Shown: positions 12,882 through 28,726 of the stretch, one piece after another | Position numbering within the stretch: position 1 is the first letter of the stretch | How the letters are laid out: each line of letters starts with the position of its first letter | Translations under genes and position numbers: made by a program | Notes under the pieces: generated by a model | Databases searched by the model: none | Told to the model about the DNA's origin: nothing | Seen by the model: the letters and a program-made list of their open reading frames with translations, nothing else | Source: Octopus vulgaris | Lineage: Eukaryota | Length of the DNA: 64,000 nt | Assembly: GCA_951406725.2 (NCBI GenBank) | Contig: OX597841.1 | Coordinates: forward strand, 19,964,001-20,028,000 | Reading direction: 5' to 3'

Positions 12882-13350
12882 TCATCATCATCATCATCAT
12901 CATCGTTTAACGTCCGTTTTCCATGCTAGCATGGGTTGGACAGTTCGACTGGGGTCTGGGAAGCCAAGAAGCAGCACCAGGCTCCAGTCTGATCTGGCAG
13001 TGTTTCTACAGCTGGAATGCCAACCACTCCGTGAGTATAGTGGGTGCTTTTTATGTGCCAGGTGAGGCTGGCAACAGCCATGATCGGTTGGTGCTTTTTA
13101 CATGCCACTGGCACAGAGGCCAGTTGGGGCGACGCTGGCAACGGCCACGTTCGGATGGTTCTTTTACATGCCACCGGCACTGGTATCACAACTACAATTT
13201 CCATTGATTTTTGATCGATTTCGATTTCACTGAACAGGTCTTTGCAAGCAGAGTTTTGTGTCCCAAGAAGGAAAGGTATGCATAAGTGGACTGGCTACAT
13301 CCCATGTAAAGGCCACAGGTTATGGTCTCACTTGTCCTGCCAGGTCTTAT
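12882..13350 (-). mobile_element. RTE LINE 3'UTR fragment nested in a SINE
   Basis: (CAT)n followed by CGTTTAACGTCCGTTTTCCATGCTAGCATGGG, the reverse complement of the RTE 3' end; SINE halves on both sides. Confidence 0.9.
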
Positions 13351-14371
13351 GACTGTGTGTGTGTCTTTGTGCACTACCACCACCACCACCATTTGCCAAC
13401 CAGTGCTAGTGTGTTTACGTCCCTTTAAGTTAGCAGTTTGACCAAAAGAGACCAAGCGAATAAGTACCAAGTTTAGCAAAGAAAAATTAAGCACATTCAA
13501 CTAAAAGTTCTTCAAGGTGGTGCTCCAGCATGACCGCAGTTTAATGACTGAAACAAGTAAAAGATAGAGTGCTATCAATCTTTTATTGATTAGATTGAAC
13601 CTTATTACCTCTACTCAGGTGTCAATAAGATAACAGGTTATTTATTATGTTCACAAAATATCCTATAATCACAGTTGTATCCATGGTTCCCACTGGCCGA
13701 TAGTTTGTGCACCAACAGAAGTTTCAACTGAGGCAGGTGACAGTCTCATATCCTATCAAACAAAAAAAGTTTTTAATTGAAAATAAAAAAGTCAAATGAA
13801 TAGAGAACAGTGTTTTAGGAATGAGTAGACGGAAGCAACGTGCTCAATTTCATGTGGGTCTTAAAGAGAGGCACCAACAAGAACCTACTTCAAATGATTC
13901 ATTTGTGGATTCATAGGACACAACAAGGAAAGACTGACTTCCAACAATGAAGATTATGAATTGGTTTAAGGTTGTCAATCAGCACCATAAAATGTCTCCA
14001 ACAGATTAAACAATGCTCACATACATGTGTGCGTGTGTGTGAATGTATGTATATCTATGAATGTATGTATTGTATGTGTGTATGTAGATATGTTTGAGTG
14101 TGTGTGTGTCCTTGTTTGGATATCATGTGATAGTTGTAAAATAATTGTCACAGTCATACAAACCCTACCATTCATTTCCAGTCTTTTGTGAAAATCATAT
14201 CAGGTAATGGATTAATATTACTTCACTTCGTAACAGATGAGGGTTGGTGACAGGAAGAGCATGCAGCCAAAGAAAATCCATCTCAACGTGCTCCATCTGA
14301 TAATGATTATACACGTGTGTATATATATATCATCATCGTTTAGCGATGATGATGATGATATATATATATAT

Positions 14372-14625
14372 ATACAAAATAAGAAAATGGAGAAATACAT
14401 CCAAATCTAATTTGATTTGGATGTATTTCTCCATTTTCTTATTTTGTATTATGAATTTGTGGTAAAACATTTTACCTTTGCCCATATAATTCAGTAGATG
14501 AATTAATTGCATCGCAATTATTAACATTTATGTATTAACTTTGTTGGGTACTTCACTGGCAGTATATTGGATATATGTTATCCCATGGAGGGTTGCATTT
14601 ACAACCCCTATCTCAATTTGCAACT
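14372..14625. mobile_element. TA-flanked element with 36-bp fold-back arms (14372-14449)
   Basis: ATACAAAATAAGAAAATGGAGAAATACATCCAAATC followed by its reverse complement; small GGGTTG/CAACCC hairpin near the other end. Confidence 0.65.
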
Positions 14626-14739
14626 ATATATATATATATATACACACATATATATATAAATGAAAAAGGTTTGTTGTTATTATTATTACTGTTTGACTAT
14701 TGTAATCACGTTTGTTGGTTCCTCGTAAGGGAAACATTG

Positions 14740-15272
14740 TTGTGTTGCATTTATTAAATAATTGTAAACTGTAACCCTCCCCCTTTGGGAGAAGGAGCTT
14801 TGGTTATTGTTTAAAAATTAATTGTGTCCCTGTATGGGGAAATTGAAAATATTTTCGCCGTTTACACGGAAGCATTTTTGTGAGAATGCCTTCAATAGAA
14901 GAAAGTCCAAAGATGAATTTCGCTGCAGCCGTCGGTGGGCGCGAACTCATTGAAATTAAAATGGAAGAAATACAGATTGATCACCGACAAAGATGGTGAA
15001 TCTAGGATAACACCACCAAACGAAATAAAAAATTAAATTAAAGAAAAGACTATTGTCTATAAAGTATACAATGTAGAGAAAAAAATTGAACACCTAGAGT
15101 AAAGCACCATCGAAAAGTGTCTTGGTGCGACTATGAAAGATATCAAGTATCTAACCAGAGGTGGTAAATTTGCCACAATAGAAGCAAGGTTCGAGTCAAC
15201 GGAGCATGCAAGGGAGTACTTGACTCAAACCTTGCAAAGTGGAAATATTTTATTTTTACCTTCATATCTGGG
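14740..15272 (+). mobile_element. 5' end (UTR plus decayed ORF1) of a probable L1/Tx1-like LINE
   Basis: MPSIEESPKMNFAAAVGGRE... then FATIEARFESTEHAREYLTQTL...FLPSYLG with stops; FAAAV and RRM-like pattern typical of such ORF1s; ends at a TA run. Confidence 0.5.
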
Positions 15273-15484
15273 ACATATATATACATATATATACATATAT
15301 ATTAAAATATATATATACATAGGTGCAGGAGTGGCTGTGTGGTAAGTAGCTTGCTAACCAACCACATGGTTCCGGGTTCAGTCCCACTGCGTGGCATCTT
15401 GGGCAAGTGTCTTCTGCTATAGCCCCGGGCCGACCAATGCCTTGTGAGTGGATTTGGTAGACGGAAACTGAAAGAAGCCTGTCG

Positions 15485-15522
<38 letters not shown>

Positions 15523-15677
15523 AGATTATAATATATATACATTATTATACATATATATATAGATATATATGCACATGCTAATATCAAACAATGAGAATGA
15601 GTGTTCAACACTGCATTAGTAGCCAAGTTAACCCACAAATAAAGTGTGTGTGTGTGTGTGTGTCTGCAGGCACATAT

Positions 15678-16432
15678 GTACATACATACATACATACATA
15701 CACACATACATACATACATACATACATACATACATACATACATACATGCATACATACATACATACATACATACATACACATACATACATACATACATACA
15801 TACATACATACATACATACATACATACATACATACATACATACATACATACATACATACATACATACATACATACATACATACATACATACATACATACA
15901 TACATACATACATACATGTATACATACATACATACATACATGTATACATACATACATACATACATACATACATACATACATACATACATACATACATACA
16001 TGCATACATACATGCATACATACATACATACATACATACATACATACATACATACATACATACATACATACATACATACATACATACATACATACATACA
16101 TACATACATGTATACATACATACATGCATACATACATACATACATACATACATACACATATACATACATACATACATACATACATGTATACATACATACA
16201 TGCATACATGTATACATACATACATACATACATACTTACATACATACATACACATACATACATACATACATACATACTTACATACATACATACATACACA
16301 CATACATACACACACACACACATACATACATACATACATACATGCATACATACATGCATACATACATACACACATGCATACATACATACATACACACACA
16401 TACATACATGCATGCATGCATACATATATATA
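15678..16432. repeat. (CATA)n microsatellite, about 750 bp
   Basis: Direct reading. Confidence 0.98.
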
Positions 16433-17286
16433 CTGATCAGACACGATTATAAGAAGGCCAGTGTGAACAAATATTTAGTATACCAGGTGTTCTTTTCAAT
16501 TCCCAGCCATATTTCTACTGAGATAAAACTAAAAGACCCTCATCACAATGAAATCCTTAACAACTTTCAATTTTATCTCTGTACACCAAAGGGATTAAAC
16601 CCCTTCTAGCAAAAATTTCTCATTATGTATGAGGTGTTTCTCTATGTTGTAGCTAGAAATAGCAGGTCTTGCTACTACCAAATTTCCCTTAAATCATATT
16701 TTATGAACAGTCCAACAATGGAAAATGCTGTGAGGTAAATTGATCTGCTAGAAAAATAGCCAAATCACCCTCAAATCACATCTTGTACAAGCGGAAGCCA
16801 GTAATGGAGTCTTTATCTTGGCCTGACAGACATAGCAACCAAATTTCTTTCTTGCCACATCTGTTAGCTAATGTGTAAATGCATAATATGTATGAGCCAA
16901 AAATCCACACTGTAGCTACACCTGCTAAAAATAGCATCCAATTCTCCCTCAAAATATAACCTTGCTGTCTCAACCAATGAGTGAACCCCTGCAAGGCATC
17001 CCAAAACTATAGAAACAGCAGCCAAATTTCCAGCAAACCACACCCCGTCATCTTATGTACGTATGTTTACATAAATGTGTGAACAAAACAATCAAGAGCT
17101 TCAAATGTCAGCAAGACATGTTCTGATACAGTGCCTGACTGACATAGTGCCTAACTGTCCCTCAAATTACATGTTTCTGTCTCACATTACTTTCACACAT
17201 TAGTCAACCCAAACAACACTTGGTACATTTGCTAATCTATATATGTGTGTGTGTGTGTATACAAATACACACACACACATACATAC

Positions 17287-17325
<39 letters not shown>

Positions 17326-17697
17326 CATAGAAAGAAAGAAAGTTGAATGTATATCTACATACATATATTATACATATATACATACATACATATATGCCTA
17401 AATGATTGTGCACTGACATATGTTTTATAATCAAACTTTGGAAGTGCCAAATGTGTCGGTATTTTACAGACAACAAAGGAAAATTTTGAATGCAGAATAG
17501 TTATGAAAAGTTTGGGTATTTAGCTTAGAAGACGGAAAAAAGTTACCAGCTGCCTAACTACAGGAAATCGAATCCCAAACCCCTCAGACAGCAGATGAGG
17601 GCTCTAATCCATTAAACACTCACTTTTTAGGGCAAATACCCAATGTTTAAGTGGGCATACACAATGCACACTTAATCACTTTTAGTGACAAGTGAAT

Positions 17698-17752
<55 letters not shown>

Positions 17753-18068
17753 TTATGTTTGTTTTTATGTTATAATAAAAACAATTTTACATTAAAATGA
17801 AGGATGATTGCTCAATCCATTTGATGTTAGACAAATTTATTATTCTTAACAAAAATAGAATTGAAAGTGGCTTCAATACTAAACTACCATCGGAGAGTCT
17901 GATGATGGCTGAGCTGACTGGAACTTCAAACTCACTGTCAATACTATCCTTGGTAAAGAATTGAATATATACACACACACACATATTTATATATATACAT
18001 ATTCATACATACATACATATATACATACATAGATACATACATATATATATATTCATACATACATACAT

Positions 18069-18137
<69 letters not shown>

Positions 18138-18166
18138 CTCAGTTCTTTGGTCCAAAGAACTGAGGT

Positions 18167-20445
18167 ATTGGACGAAAGAGCTGAGGTATTTCGTATTGCT
18201 AGACAGTGTGAGAGAGAAAATTGTGATGTCAGAGGAGAGAAATGCATCCGCATGGATGATGGTGCACTTGCTTTCAATGTTTCTGAAAAGAAAAAGGCTT
18301 GGAGAAGCTATTATGAAAGACTGCTGAATGTGGAGAATGAATGGGAGGAGGAGAGCCTGCCAAATGTTGACCCAGTAGAGGGACCAGCTATCCTAGTAGA
18401 TAAAGCAATTAAGGGTATGAAGCCAGGAAAACCCCTGGCCTATCAGGAATCACTGCTGAGATGCTTAAAACATCTGGTGGTGTGGGCTACGGCCTAGTCA
18501 CCCGCATTGTAAACCAGGTAGTTCATAATGGAGTCATACCCAATGACTGGTGTAGCAGCACTATAGTCAACTGCTACAAGGGTAAAGGTGATGCTCCAGA
18601 TAGAAATAACTACAGGGGTATTAAACTGTTGGATCAGGTGATGAAGGTCACAGAGAGGGTCATAGCCCATCTCATTAGGGAGAGAATTTGCTTAGATGAG
18701 ATGCAGTTCGGTTTTGTGCCGGGTAGAAGCACCACTCATGCTATATTCCTGGTCCGACAACTGCAGGAGAAGTACCTAGCTAAAGATAAACCCCTCTACA
18801 TAGCTTTTGTGGACTTGGAGAAAGCCTTTGACAGGGTCCCCCGATCCCTTATCTGGTGTTCAATGTGGAAACTGGAGAGTGACGAATGGCTAATAAGGGC
18901 TGTACGTCAGTAAGGTTAGGATTGGCAACAAATATAGTGAAGAATTCCGGGTAGAAGTAGGTGTACACCAAGGTTCAGCCCTCAGTCCCCTTTTATTCAT
19001 CATAGTCCTCCAGGCAATAACAGAGGAATTCAAGATGGGTTGCCCCTGGGAGCTCCTCTGTGCTAATGACTTGGCCCTCATAGCAGAATCACTACCAGAA
19101 CTAGAAAAGAAATTTCTGGTGTGGAAGCAAGGGTTAGAATCAAAGGGCCTTAGACTAAATGTAGCAAAGACCAAAGTTATAGTAAGCAGAAAGGCGAACT
19201 CAGTACACACCCCATCAGGCAGGTGGCCCTGCTCGATCTGTAGGAAAGGTACAGGTAGAAACTCCAAAAGATGCACCCAGTGTAAGCTATGGACGCATAA
19301 GAGGTGCAGCAACATCAAAGGGAAATTAACTGATAAGATAGCTTTCATGTGCGGCAGATGCACAGGGACAATAGACACCACAGATACTCAGAAAACAGAT
19401 TCCATCACACTCCAGGGGGAGAAACTAGAAGTGTTGATAGTTTCCGCTACCTGGGTGACCAAGTTAGTAGTGGGGGTGGATGCTCAGAGAGTGTCACCAC
19501 TAGAATACGAATAGCCTGGGCAAAGTTTAGACAGCTCCTACCCCTACTGGCGACAAAGGGTCTCTCGCTCAGAGTGAAAGGTAGATTCTATGATGCATGT
19601 GTGCGAACTGCCATGCTTCACTACCGTGAAGCATGGGCAGTGACTGCAGAGGACATGCGTAGACTTGAAAGAAGCTAACATGATCCGCTGGATGTGTAAT
19701 GTCAGTGTGCACACACGACAGAGTGTAAGTGCCCTGGACATAAGAAGCATCAGATGTGGTGTGCAAGAGCAACGCCTGCAATGGTATGGTCATGTACTGC
19801 GGATGGATGAGGAGAGATGTGTGAAGAAGTGCCGCTCCCAAACAGTTGAAGGTATCAGGGGGAGAGGTAGACCCAGGAAGACATGGGATGAGGTAGTCAA
19901 GCATGACCTCAGAACATTGGGCCTCACAGAGGCAATGGCGAAGGACCGAGATCTCTGGAGATATGCTGTGACTGCAAAGACCCGAGCTGCTTCCTGCCCC
20001 AGTTCCGCATAGCCCCTGCCCATTCAAAGTACCTTGGATTTCAGAATAACCCGCTGTGCTTGAGGAGACCTGTTGAGTCAAGTACATGAACATCGAAATA
20101 AATATCAATGGAAATAGTAGTTGTGATACCTGTGCCGGTGGCACATAAAAAGCACCATCCGAACGGGGCCGTTGCCAGTGCCACCTTGACTGGCTTCCGT
20201 ACCAGTGGCACATTAAAAGCACCAACCAATCATGGCCGTTGCCAGCCTCGCCTGGCATCTGTGCCAGTGGCATGTAAAAAGCACCCACTACACTCGCGGA
20301 GTGGTTGGCGTTAGGAAGGGCATCCAGCTATAGAAACACTGCCAGATCAGACTGGAGCCTAGTGAAGCCTTCTGGCTTCTCAGACCCTGGTCGAACCGTC
20401 CAACCCGTGCTAGCGTGGAAAATGGACGTTAAACGATGATGATGA

Positions 20446-20448
<3 letters not shown>
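18167..20448 (+). mobile_element. 5'-truncated RTE-clade LINE (decayed RT ORF, 3'UTR, (GAT)n tail)
   Basis: YKGKGD..DRNNYRGIKLL, QFGFVPGRST, AFVDLEKAFDRV, GVHQGS, degenerate YADD (CAND), FRYLG, RGRPRKTW; multiple indels. Confidence 0.96.
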
Positions 20449-20480
<32 letters not shown>

Positions 20481-20763
20481 TACATACATACCTACATACA
20501 TATATATATACACACACACACATGTAAGAATTTACACATCTGTCTTCTTTCTTCTTTCTGTCTCTCAATAGACAGACAGACAGACAGACAGAGATATTTT
20601 GAAGAGGTCTTAGGCCAGCAGTGTTTGGGTCTGAAGATACACCCTAAAACTAAACCCCTAATGAGTGAGAAACCCATGGTAACCCCATAAATTGGTGTCT
20701 CCTATTATAATATTCACTGCTCTACATCTCAGAGTGTACTTTTCCTCCAGATCTGTTTTCTAC

Positions 20764-21850
<1,087 letters not shown>

Positions 21851-22227
21851 TATTTGTCTGTCTGTCTGTGTATCTGCCTCTCAATATATATAGAGAGAGA
21901 GGGGGAGAGAAGGAGGGAGGGAGAGAAAGAATGAGATAGACAGAGATACACTTATACACACACACACACATATATATATACACACATATATATAGCCAAA
22001 TATATGTGTGTGATCATCATTTTATGCCCAATTTCCATGCAAGAATGGGTTGGGTGGGTGTTCAAGGGCCAAAGCAGTTGTAGGCTGAAGAGAGACACAA
22101 GTTTATTGTTGGGAGAGGGAGTTGGTGGGGGAGAGTAACAGGGATAGTATTAGCGAGGGAGTGGCGGTGGGGGAGGGGGAACTTGAAGTGAAAGGCAAGT
22201 GTAATTATCATCACTTGATTCTTTACT

Positions 22228-22342
22228 AACAACAACAACAACAACCACAACAATGATGATGATGATGATAAGAAGAAGAACAACAACAACAACAATAATG
22301 ATGATGATGATAATAATAATAACAATAATAATAATAACAATA

Positions 22343-22376
<34 letters not shown>

Positions 22377-22455
22377 CAATAATAATGATAATAAGAAGAG
22401 CAACAACAAAGCAACCATAATAATGATAATAATAATAATAACAATAATAATAATG
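22228..22455. repeat. (AAC/AAT/GAT)n trinucleotide microsatellite
   Basis: Direct reading. Confidence 0.95.
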
Positions 22456-23058
22456 AAAAAGGTGAGTTCTCTGTGTTAGTCTAGTTTAATTAGATTTATT
22501 GAGATGTGACCACAAGGATATCTAATCAGTGTATATCAAAAAGATGACCATATGGGTGTAGTTGTAAATATACAGGCAATCATATATACATACAGATATA
22601 TAGACATATGGGTGGGTAGATAGGTGGGTAGGTAGGTGGGTAGGTAGGTAGAGATATAGACAGACAGATAGAATAGGCAGACACATATGAACTCATAGAC
22701 TCATTCATTCTTACAATACACATGTAAACAGAAGACTCATCACCCCACCACCACCATCACCACCACCATCATCATCATCATCATCATCATCACTGCCATC
22801 AGCATCACCATGATGATGATGATCACCATCATCATCATCATCATCACCATCAATGTAACACTGATGTCAACATCTGGTTGTCTATATGCTACATACATAT
22901 GGTGTGTATATCACCATGCATATGGGTATATATTCAATTTTATAGAGGTGTATCTCTCTCTCTCTCTCTCTTTCTTTCTCTTTCTACATATATATATGCA
23001 TACACACACATACACATATATATATACACACATACACATATATACACACACATACGTG

Positions 23059-23096
<38 letters not shown>

Positions 23097-23226
23097 CACA
23101 AATATATATTTACGTGTGTATGCATATACACATGGTCATCTTTGAATATCTACCATGTACATACAGTATGTTAGCATGTATAAATGTGCACATGTTCATA
23201 TACCTATGTGTCTGTGGGTGCATAGT

Positions 23227-23703
<477 letters not shown>

Positions 23704-24187
23704 AACCTGCACACGTGGAATATATATATTTGGTTATGTATAAATATAAAGTGTGTGTGTGTGTGTGTGCCTGCAAATGACAAAAGAAGAAGAGAGTGAA
23801 GGACACAATGGACACAAACTAACTCAATATACATTGTTAGTGTGAAGAGAAAGACACACGTCCATCGTCACACCATCCATCCATCCATACAGAGCTACAC
23901 ACATCTATTGATTGTCGTGAGTTAACACGTTATATAACGAGCCGCTGACCTAGATTAACCAGCAGTCCACCCCATGGAGGCCAGAGCCGCCTTTCAATTG
24001 AAAGAGACAAGTTCAAGAGACAAGCACAACCGCACGCACGTGCGTGTGTGTGTGTGTGTGTGTGTGTATTATACACACATTTATACATCTAGTTTATATT
24101 GTTGATGAAGTATTATACATATTTGATGTATATACTCTCTAATATATATTATATATAACCAGCATTAACTATATATATATTTATATA

Positions 24188-24244
<57 letters not shown>

Positions 24245-25380
24245 ATGAATATATACACACACAATATATACATCCTTCTCTCTCTTTGGGAGAGGCACAA
24301 GCACCTACACGCACATATACACACACGGCAGCAACTTCCACCTACCGAATTCAATCACAAAGCTCCGGTCGGCTCGAGGCTATAGTGGAAGACACCTACC
24401 CAAAGTGCCACGCAGTGGGACTGAACCCGAAACCATGTAACCAGGAAGCAAGCTCCCTAACCACATAAGATATATGACCTGTATCATATAATATAGCATA
24501 TATTATATAATGTATGTTACATGTTATATATCACAGTATCAACTACACACACACACACAGGCACGTGTGTGTATCCCTCTCACCCATCTCTCTGGCACAC
24601 ATTCAATTCTTCCCTCCTACCACTCATTCATCTTTCCTCACCAACATCATCACCACTTGCTCTCATATTTACTATATCATTCTACTACTGGAATCATAGC
24701 AAGCAGAAGCTATTACTACACACTATTACCCTTTCTGTTCTGTCTTCATCACACCCTTTCCCCCTCCCTACAACCAATTGCTTCCGACAGACACCACTCC
24801 CTACTACCTTCGACTACTTCCACTATTTTCTACCTACCACCTTCACTCTAACAACTATTTGAATATTTTCACCTACTCACCTCCATTCTGCACTTTACTC
24901 ACTAATCTTGAGTCTCGTCACCTCTCTCAGTTTTGTAAACAGTTTCTGGGGCATCTTACCTTCAGGGTTTAACTCTTTAGCATTGCTACTAGTCATATGA
25001 GAACCAGCACTCCATCAGTTATGATCATAAAGGTTCCAGGTGATCCAATCAACGGAATGGCCTACATGTGAAATTAATGTGCAAGTGGCTGAGCACTCCA
25101 CAGACACCTGAACCCATGTACCCTAAATGTAGTTCTCAGGGAGATTCAGCATGACGCAGAATGCGACAAGGCTGGCCCTTTGGAATACAGGTACAGCTCA
25201 TTTTTGCCAGCTGAGTGGACTGGAGCAACGGGAAATAGAGTGCCTTGCTCAAGGACACAATGTGCAACCAGGGATCAACCTCATGACTCTATAACCGTGA
25301 TCTGAATAACCTCACCATTAAACCATGGGCCTTCATTGGTCACACACAACCCAAAATATTTGACTTATTTTACGTTCAAA

Positions 25381-25527
25381 CTGGCCAGATCCCACTCCTC
25401 ACATCTACCCTGGCCCGATCCCACCCCTCACATCTACCCTGGCCCGATCCCACCCCTCACATCTACCCTGGCCAGATCCCACTCCTCACATCTACCCTGG
25501 CCCGATCCCACCCCTCACATCTACCCT
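25381..25527. repeat. 29-bp tandem repeat x5 inside a MITE fragment
   Basis: Unit CTGGCCMGATCCCACYCCTCACATCTACC; flanks match the reverse complement of the 25973-26168 MITE. Confidence 0.9.
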
Positions 25528-25972
25528 ACAGTGTCGTTTTAAAAGTAAACAATCCTATAAAGCACCTGGGTTGACACCGGGTAAAATGCATCCCTGCTGG
25601 TCCCATTTTTATAGCACCTAGGTTGGCACTACATGTAGAACACCCATGCAGGCTTCATGTGAAAAGCATCCATGCTGGTGCCATGTAAAATACACCTGTG
25701 CCAATGCCACATATAAAGTCCATATGTTAGCACCATGTATAGAACACCTGTGCTGGTGCCACGTAAAAGAAGCACCCATGCCCATACTATGTGAAGGGCA
25801 CCCATGCTGGAGCCATGTATGGAGCACCCAGTATACTCTGTAAAATGGTTGGCATTAGGAAGGGAATCCAGTGATAAAAACCATGTCAAATCCAGAAGAG
25901 AAGCTTGGCACAGTCCTCTGGTTTACCAGCGCCTGTCAAACCATCCAACCCATGGCCGCATGAAGGCAGACA

Positions 25973-26168
25973 TTAACCCTTTTCAGCATACAGATTATTC
26001 CGTCAAATGTGATGCATATTTATTCATGTCGCTTTGAATTAATCATGGATTATCTCATGGCTTTGAGATTTCAATGATGGGATTATGTATTTTTAGAATG
26101 ACATTGTAGGGTAGGTGGGAGAAAACAGATCTGGCCAGTTTGGGCCAGTTTTAATGTTAAATGGTTAA
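25973..26168. mobile_element. piggyBac-like MITE (TTAA termini)
   Basis: Begins TTAACCCTTTTCAGCAT and ends ATGTTAAATGGTTAA: imperfect TIRs bounded by TTAA. Confidence 0.6.
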
Positions 26169-28726
26169 AAGGTGATGATATATGTGTGTGTGTGTGTGTG
26201 TGTGTGTCTGTGTCTGTGTCTGTGTGTGTGTGTGTTCTCCACCACTGCTTGACACTAGTGTTTGTTTATGTCTCCATAACTTAGCAAAAGAGACTGATAC
26301 AATATGTACAAAATTTTAAAAAGAAAAAGAAAAGTACAAGGGTTAAATTGTTTGACTAAACTCACCAAGGCAGTGCTCCAGCATGTCCTCAGTCCACTGA
26401 TTGAAACAATTCTAAGATAAAAGATACCAAATAGAACCAGTAAGGTTTCAACTAACCAATGAGCACAGTGCATTCACTTCACTGCGGGCCTTTGTTTAAT
26501 TCCAATTAAAGCTAATAGCTGCAGTCCTTTTCCTTATCATCTTTGCAAAGTTACTCCACAACGCTTCTATATTCATTCTTGTATCATACATTTGCTTTTG
26601 TCATCATCAAATACACATCATGCTACCCAGTGTGCCAGCTTCTCATTTTGCCATAATTATTACTCTACAGTGAAATTGTGTTTCGTCCAGTAGCCATTTT
26701 GTTCTCAGAAGAAACCTTCACTGCTTCTGTACACTGGGTTGTAAACAGATAGGATTATGTTTTCTTTACTTTCTCAACCAGTTAAACTTGTTTTAGTTTG
26801 CCTTCAGCATTTAAACGCGTCATATTCAGTCCAAATATGCTACATCATTTATGTTCAAACCAGCAAGAACTGGTCTCTCACACCTACCCAACTATGTCTT
26901 TCTAAAAATAAACAATTACATCATCAAAATCTCAAAGCCCTTCCCTGAAAAATTTTGCATGTCCAACTTTGTGTACTGGTGTTATTTAGTGGGGTTTTTT
27001 TGTCTATTATTTCCCTTGTATATAATTTTGCCTTTGGATATGCATGGAATGGATGGAATTTGCTAAGGTGGATTTTCGATAGCCACATGCCCTTCCTGCC
27101 ACAAAACCCACACCTGTTTCCAGGTGTGGAAATATTTCCCTGTGACCAGTCATGTCTTGAAAGACTGCAAACAAACAACACTGATTGCTTGACAGTGACA
27201 CTCACTCACAGCTATCATGGAATGTCAAAGAAAGGAGACAGTAGCACAAACACACACATACATCTGTCTACCAAATCCTCTTACTAATAGGTGCAAGGCT
27301 AAAGTAGAAGACACTAGGCCAAAGTACCATGCAGTGGGACTGAACTCAGAACCATGTGGTTCAGAAGCAAACTTCTTACCACACAACTATGTTTGCACCT
27401 GTTGGATATAAAGAGATTGTCTAAAGTCAGATTTATTGCTTCTTGTTATCGCTTCTCTGTGAACCATTCTCACTTCAGCATCATTATTTAGCATGCATTT
27501 TCCATGCTGCTGTGGGTTGGACGGTTTGACTGAAAACTGCACCAGCTTCCAATCTGATTTGGTATGGTTTCTACAGCCAGATGCCCTTCCTAATGCCAAC
27601 CACTCCAAGACTGTAGTGGGTGCTTTTTACCACTGGCATCGGCCACGACCATCATCTCACTTGGCTGGCTGGGTCTCCTCGAGCATGGTATATCACCAAA
27701 GGTCTTGGTTGCTTGTCATTGCCTCAGTGAGGCCCATTGTTCAAAGATCATGCTTCACCACCCCATCCCATGTCTTCCTGGGTCTTGGTCATCAATTTCT
27801 GGGGAGTAGTTAAGTCCATTGCATCGACCCCTAATGCTCAACTGGTCCTTATTTTATCAAATCTGAAAGGACGAAAGGCAAAGTTGACCTCGGCAGAAGT
27901 TGAACTCAGAATGTAAAGATGGGTGAAATGCCAGCTCACCATTCTCACAATAAACAAAATATTGCTACTAAGAAAGAAGCAATATTTTGTTTATTGTAAG
28001 TACATCGATAAGGATGGGGTGGGGGGTGAGCAGGGACTCGGTTTCACTGTTATACCTAAGAGGTATATGATAAGGGGTACATTACACCTAGTGAAGCATG
28101 GGATTGCACCTGGAAAGTTCCCCTCCTAGACACAAGTCTAGGCAAGGTTGTTTTATGGAAGACCAGCCTCCTCTCTCTACACCACCAAGGGAAAGGCAAA
28201 GGCTGATACAGCTTGGCACTAATGACGTCAAAACTCATTTCTACAGTTGAGTCATACTGGAGCAACGTGAAATAATAATACACAGCCCAATCCAGGAGCT
28301 GAACTCACAACCTTATAATTGTAAGCTTGACACTAAATCCACTGAGCCATGCACCTTCATATTACAGGCCCAGAATCTGCAGCAATCGTTTGTAGAAGAC
28401 ATCAAGCTGCTATCTCACATTTCCTTGACTGAACTGGGCCACTCCCAAACCCTAGTACTACACCAGACTCTGTTCAGTATTTAACATCAAATACAATAAG
28501 CATAGAGGTGGGGGGGGGTACCTGAGTTGAGTGAGAAAATAGCAGTCAAAAGAATGAGGTTAGTTAATCACTGCCACAGACCAGGAGACTCCAGCCGGTC
28601 AACTGATGTTATGAGTGCTAAAACAGGAGCATCAAAGGAAAGGGCATCCAATACCATTTATGTACATACATATAGACATTCACATATATATTTATTTATT
28701 TATTTATTTATTTGCCACAATAGATC

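Noticed and set aside
20131-20290. CRISPR-like pattern of palindromic GTGCC-RGT-GGCAC-RTAAAAAGCACC repeats with spacers
   Set aside because: The spacers resemble each other, the array is part of every RTE 3'UTR copy, there are no cas genes and the context is eukaryotic.
22450-22470. Perfect plus-strand donor AAG|GTGAGT
   Set aside because: Preceded only by trinucleotide microsatellite with no acceptor or credible reading frame.
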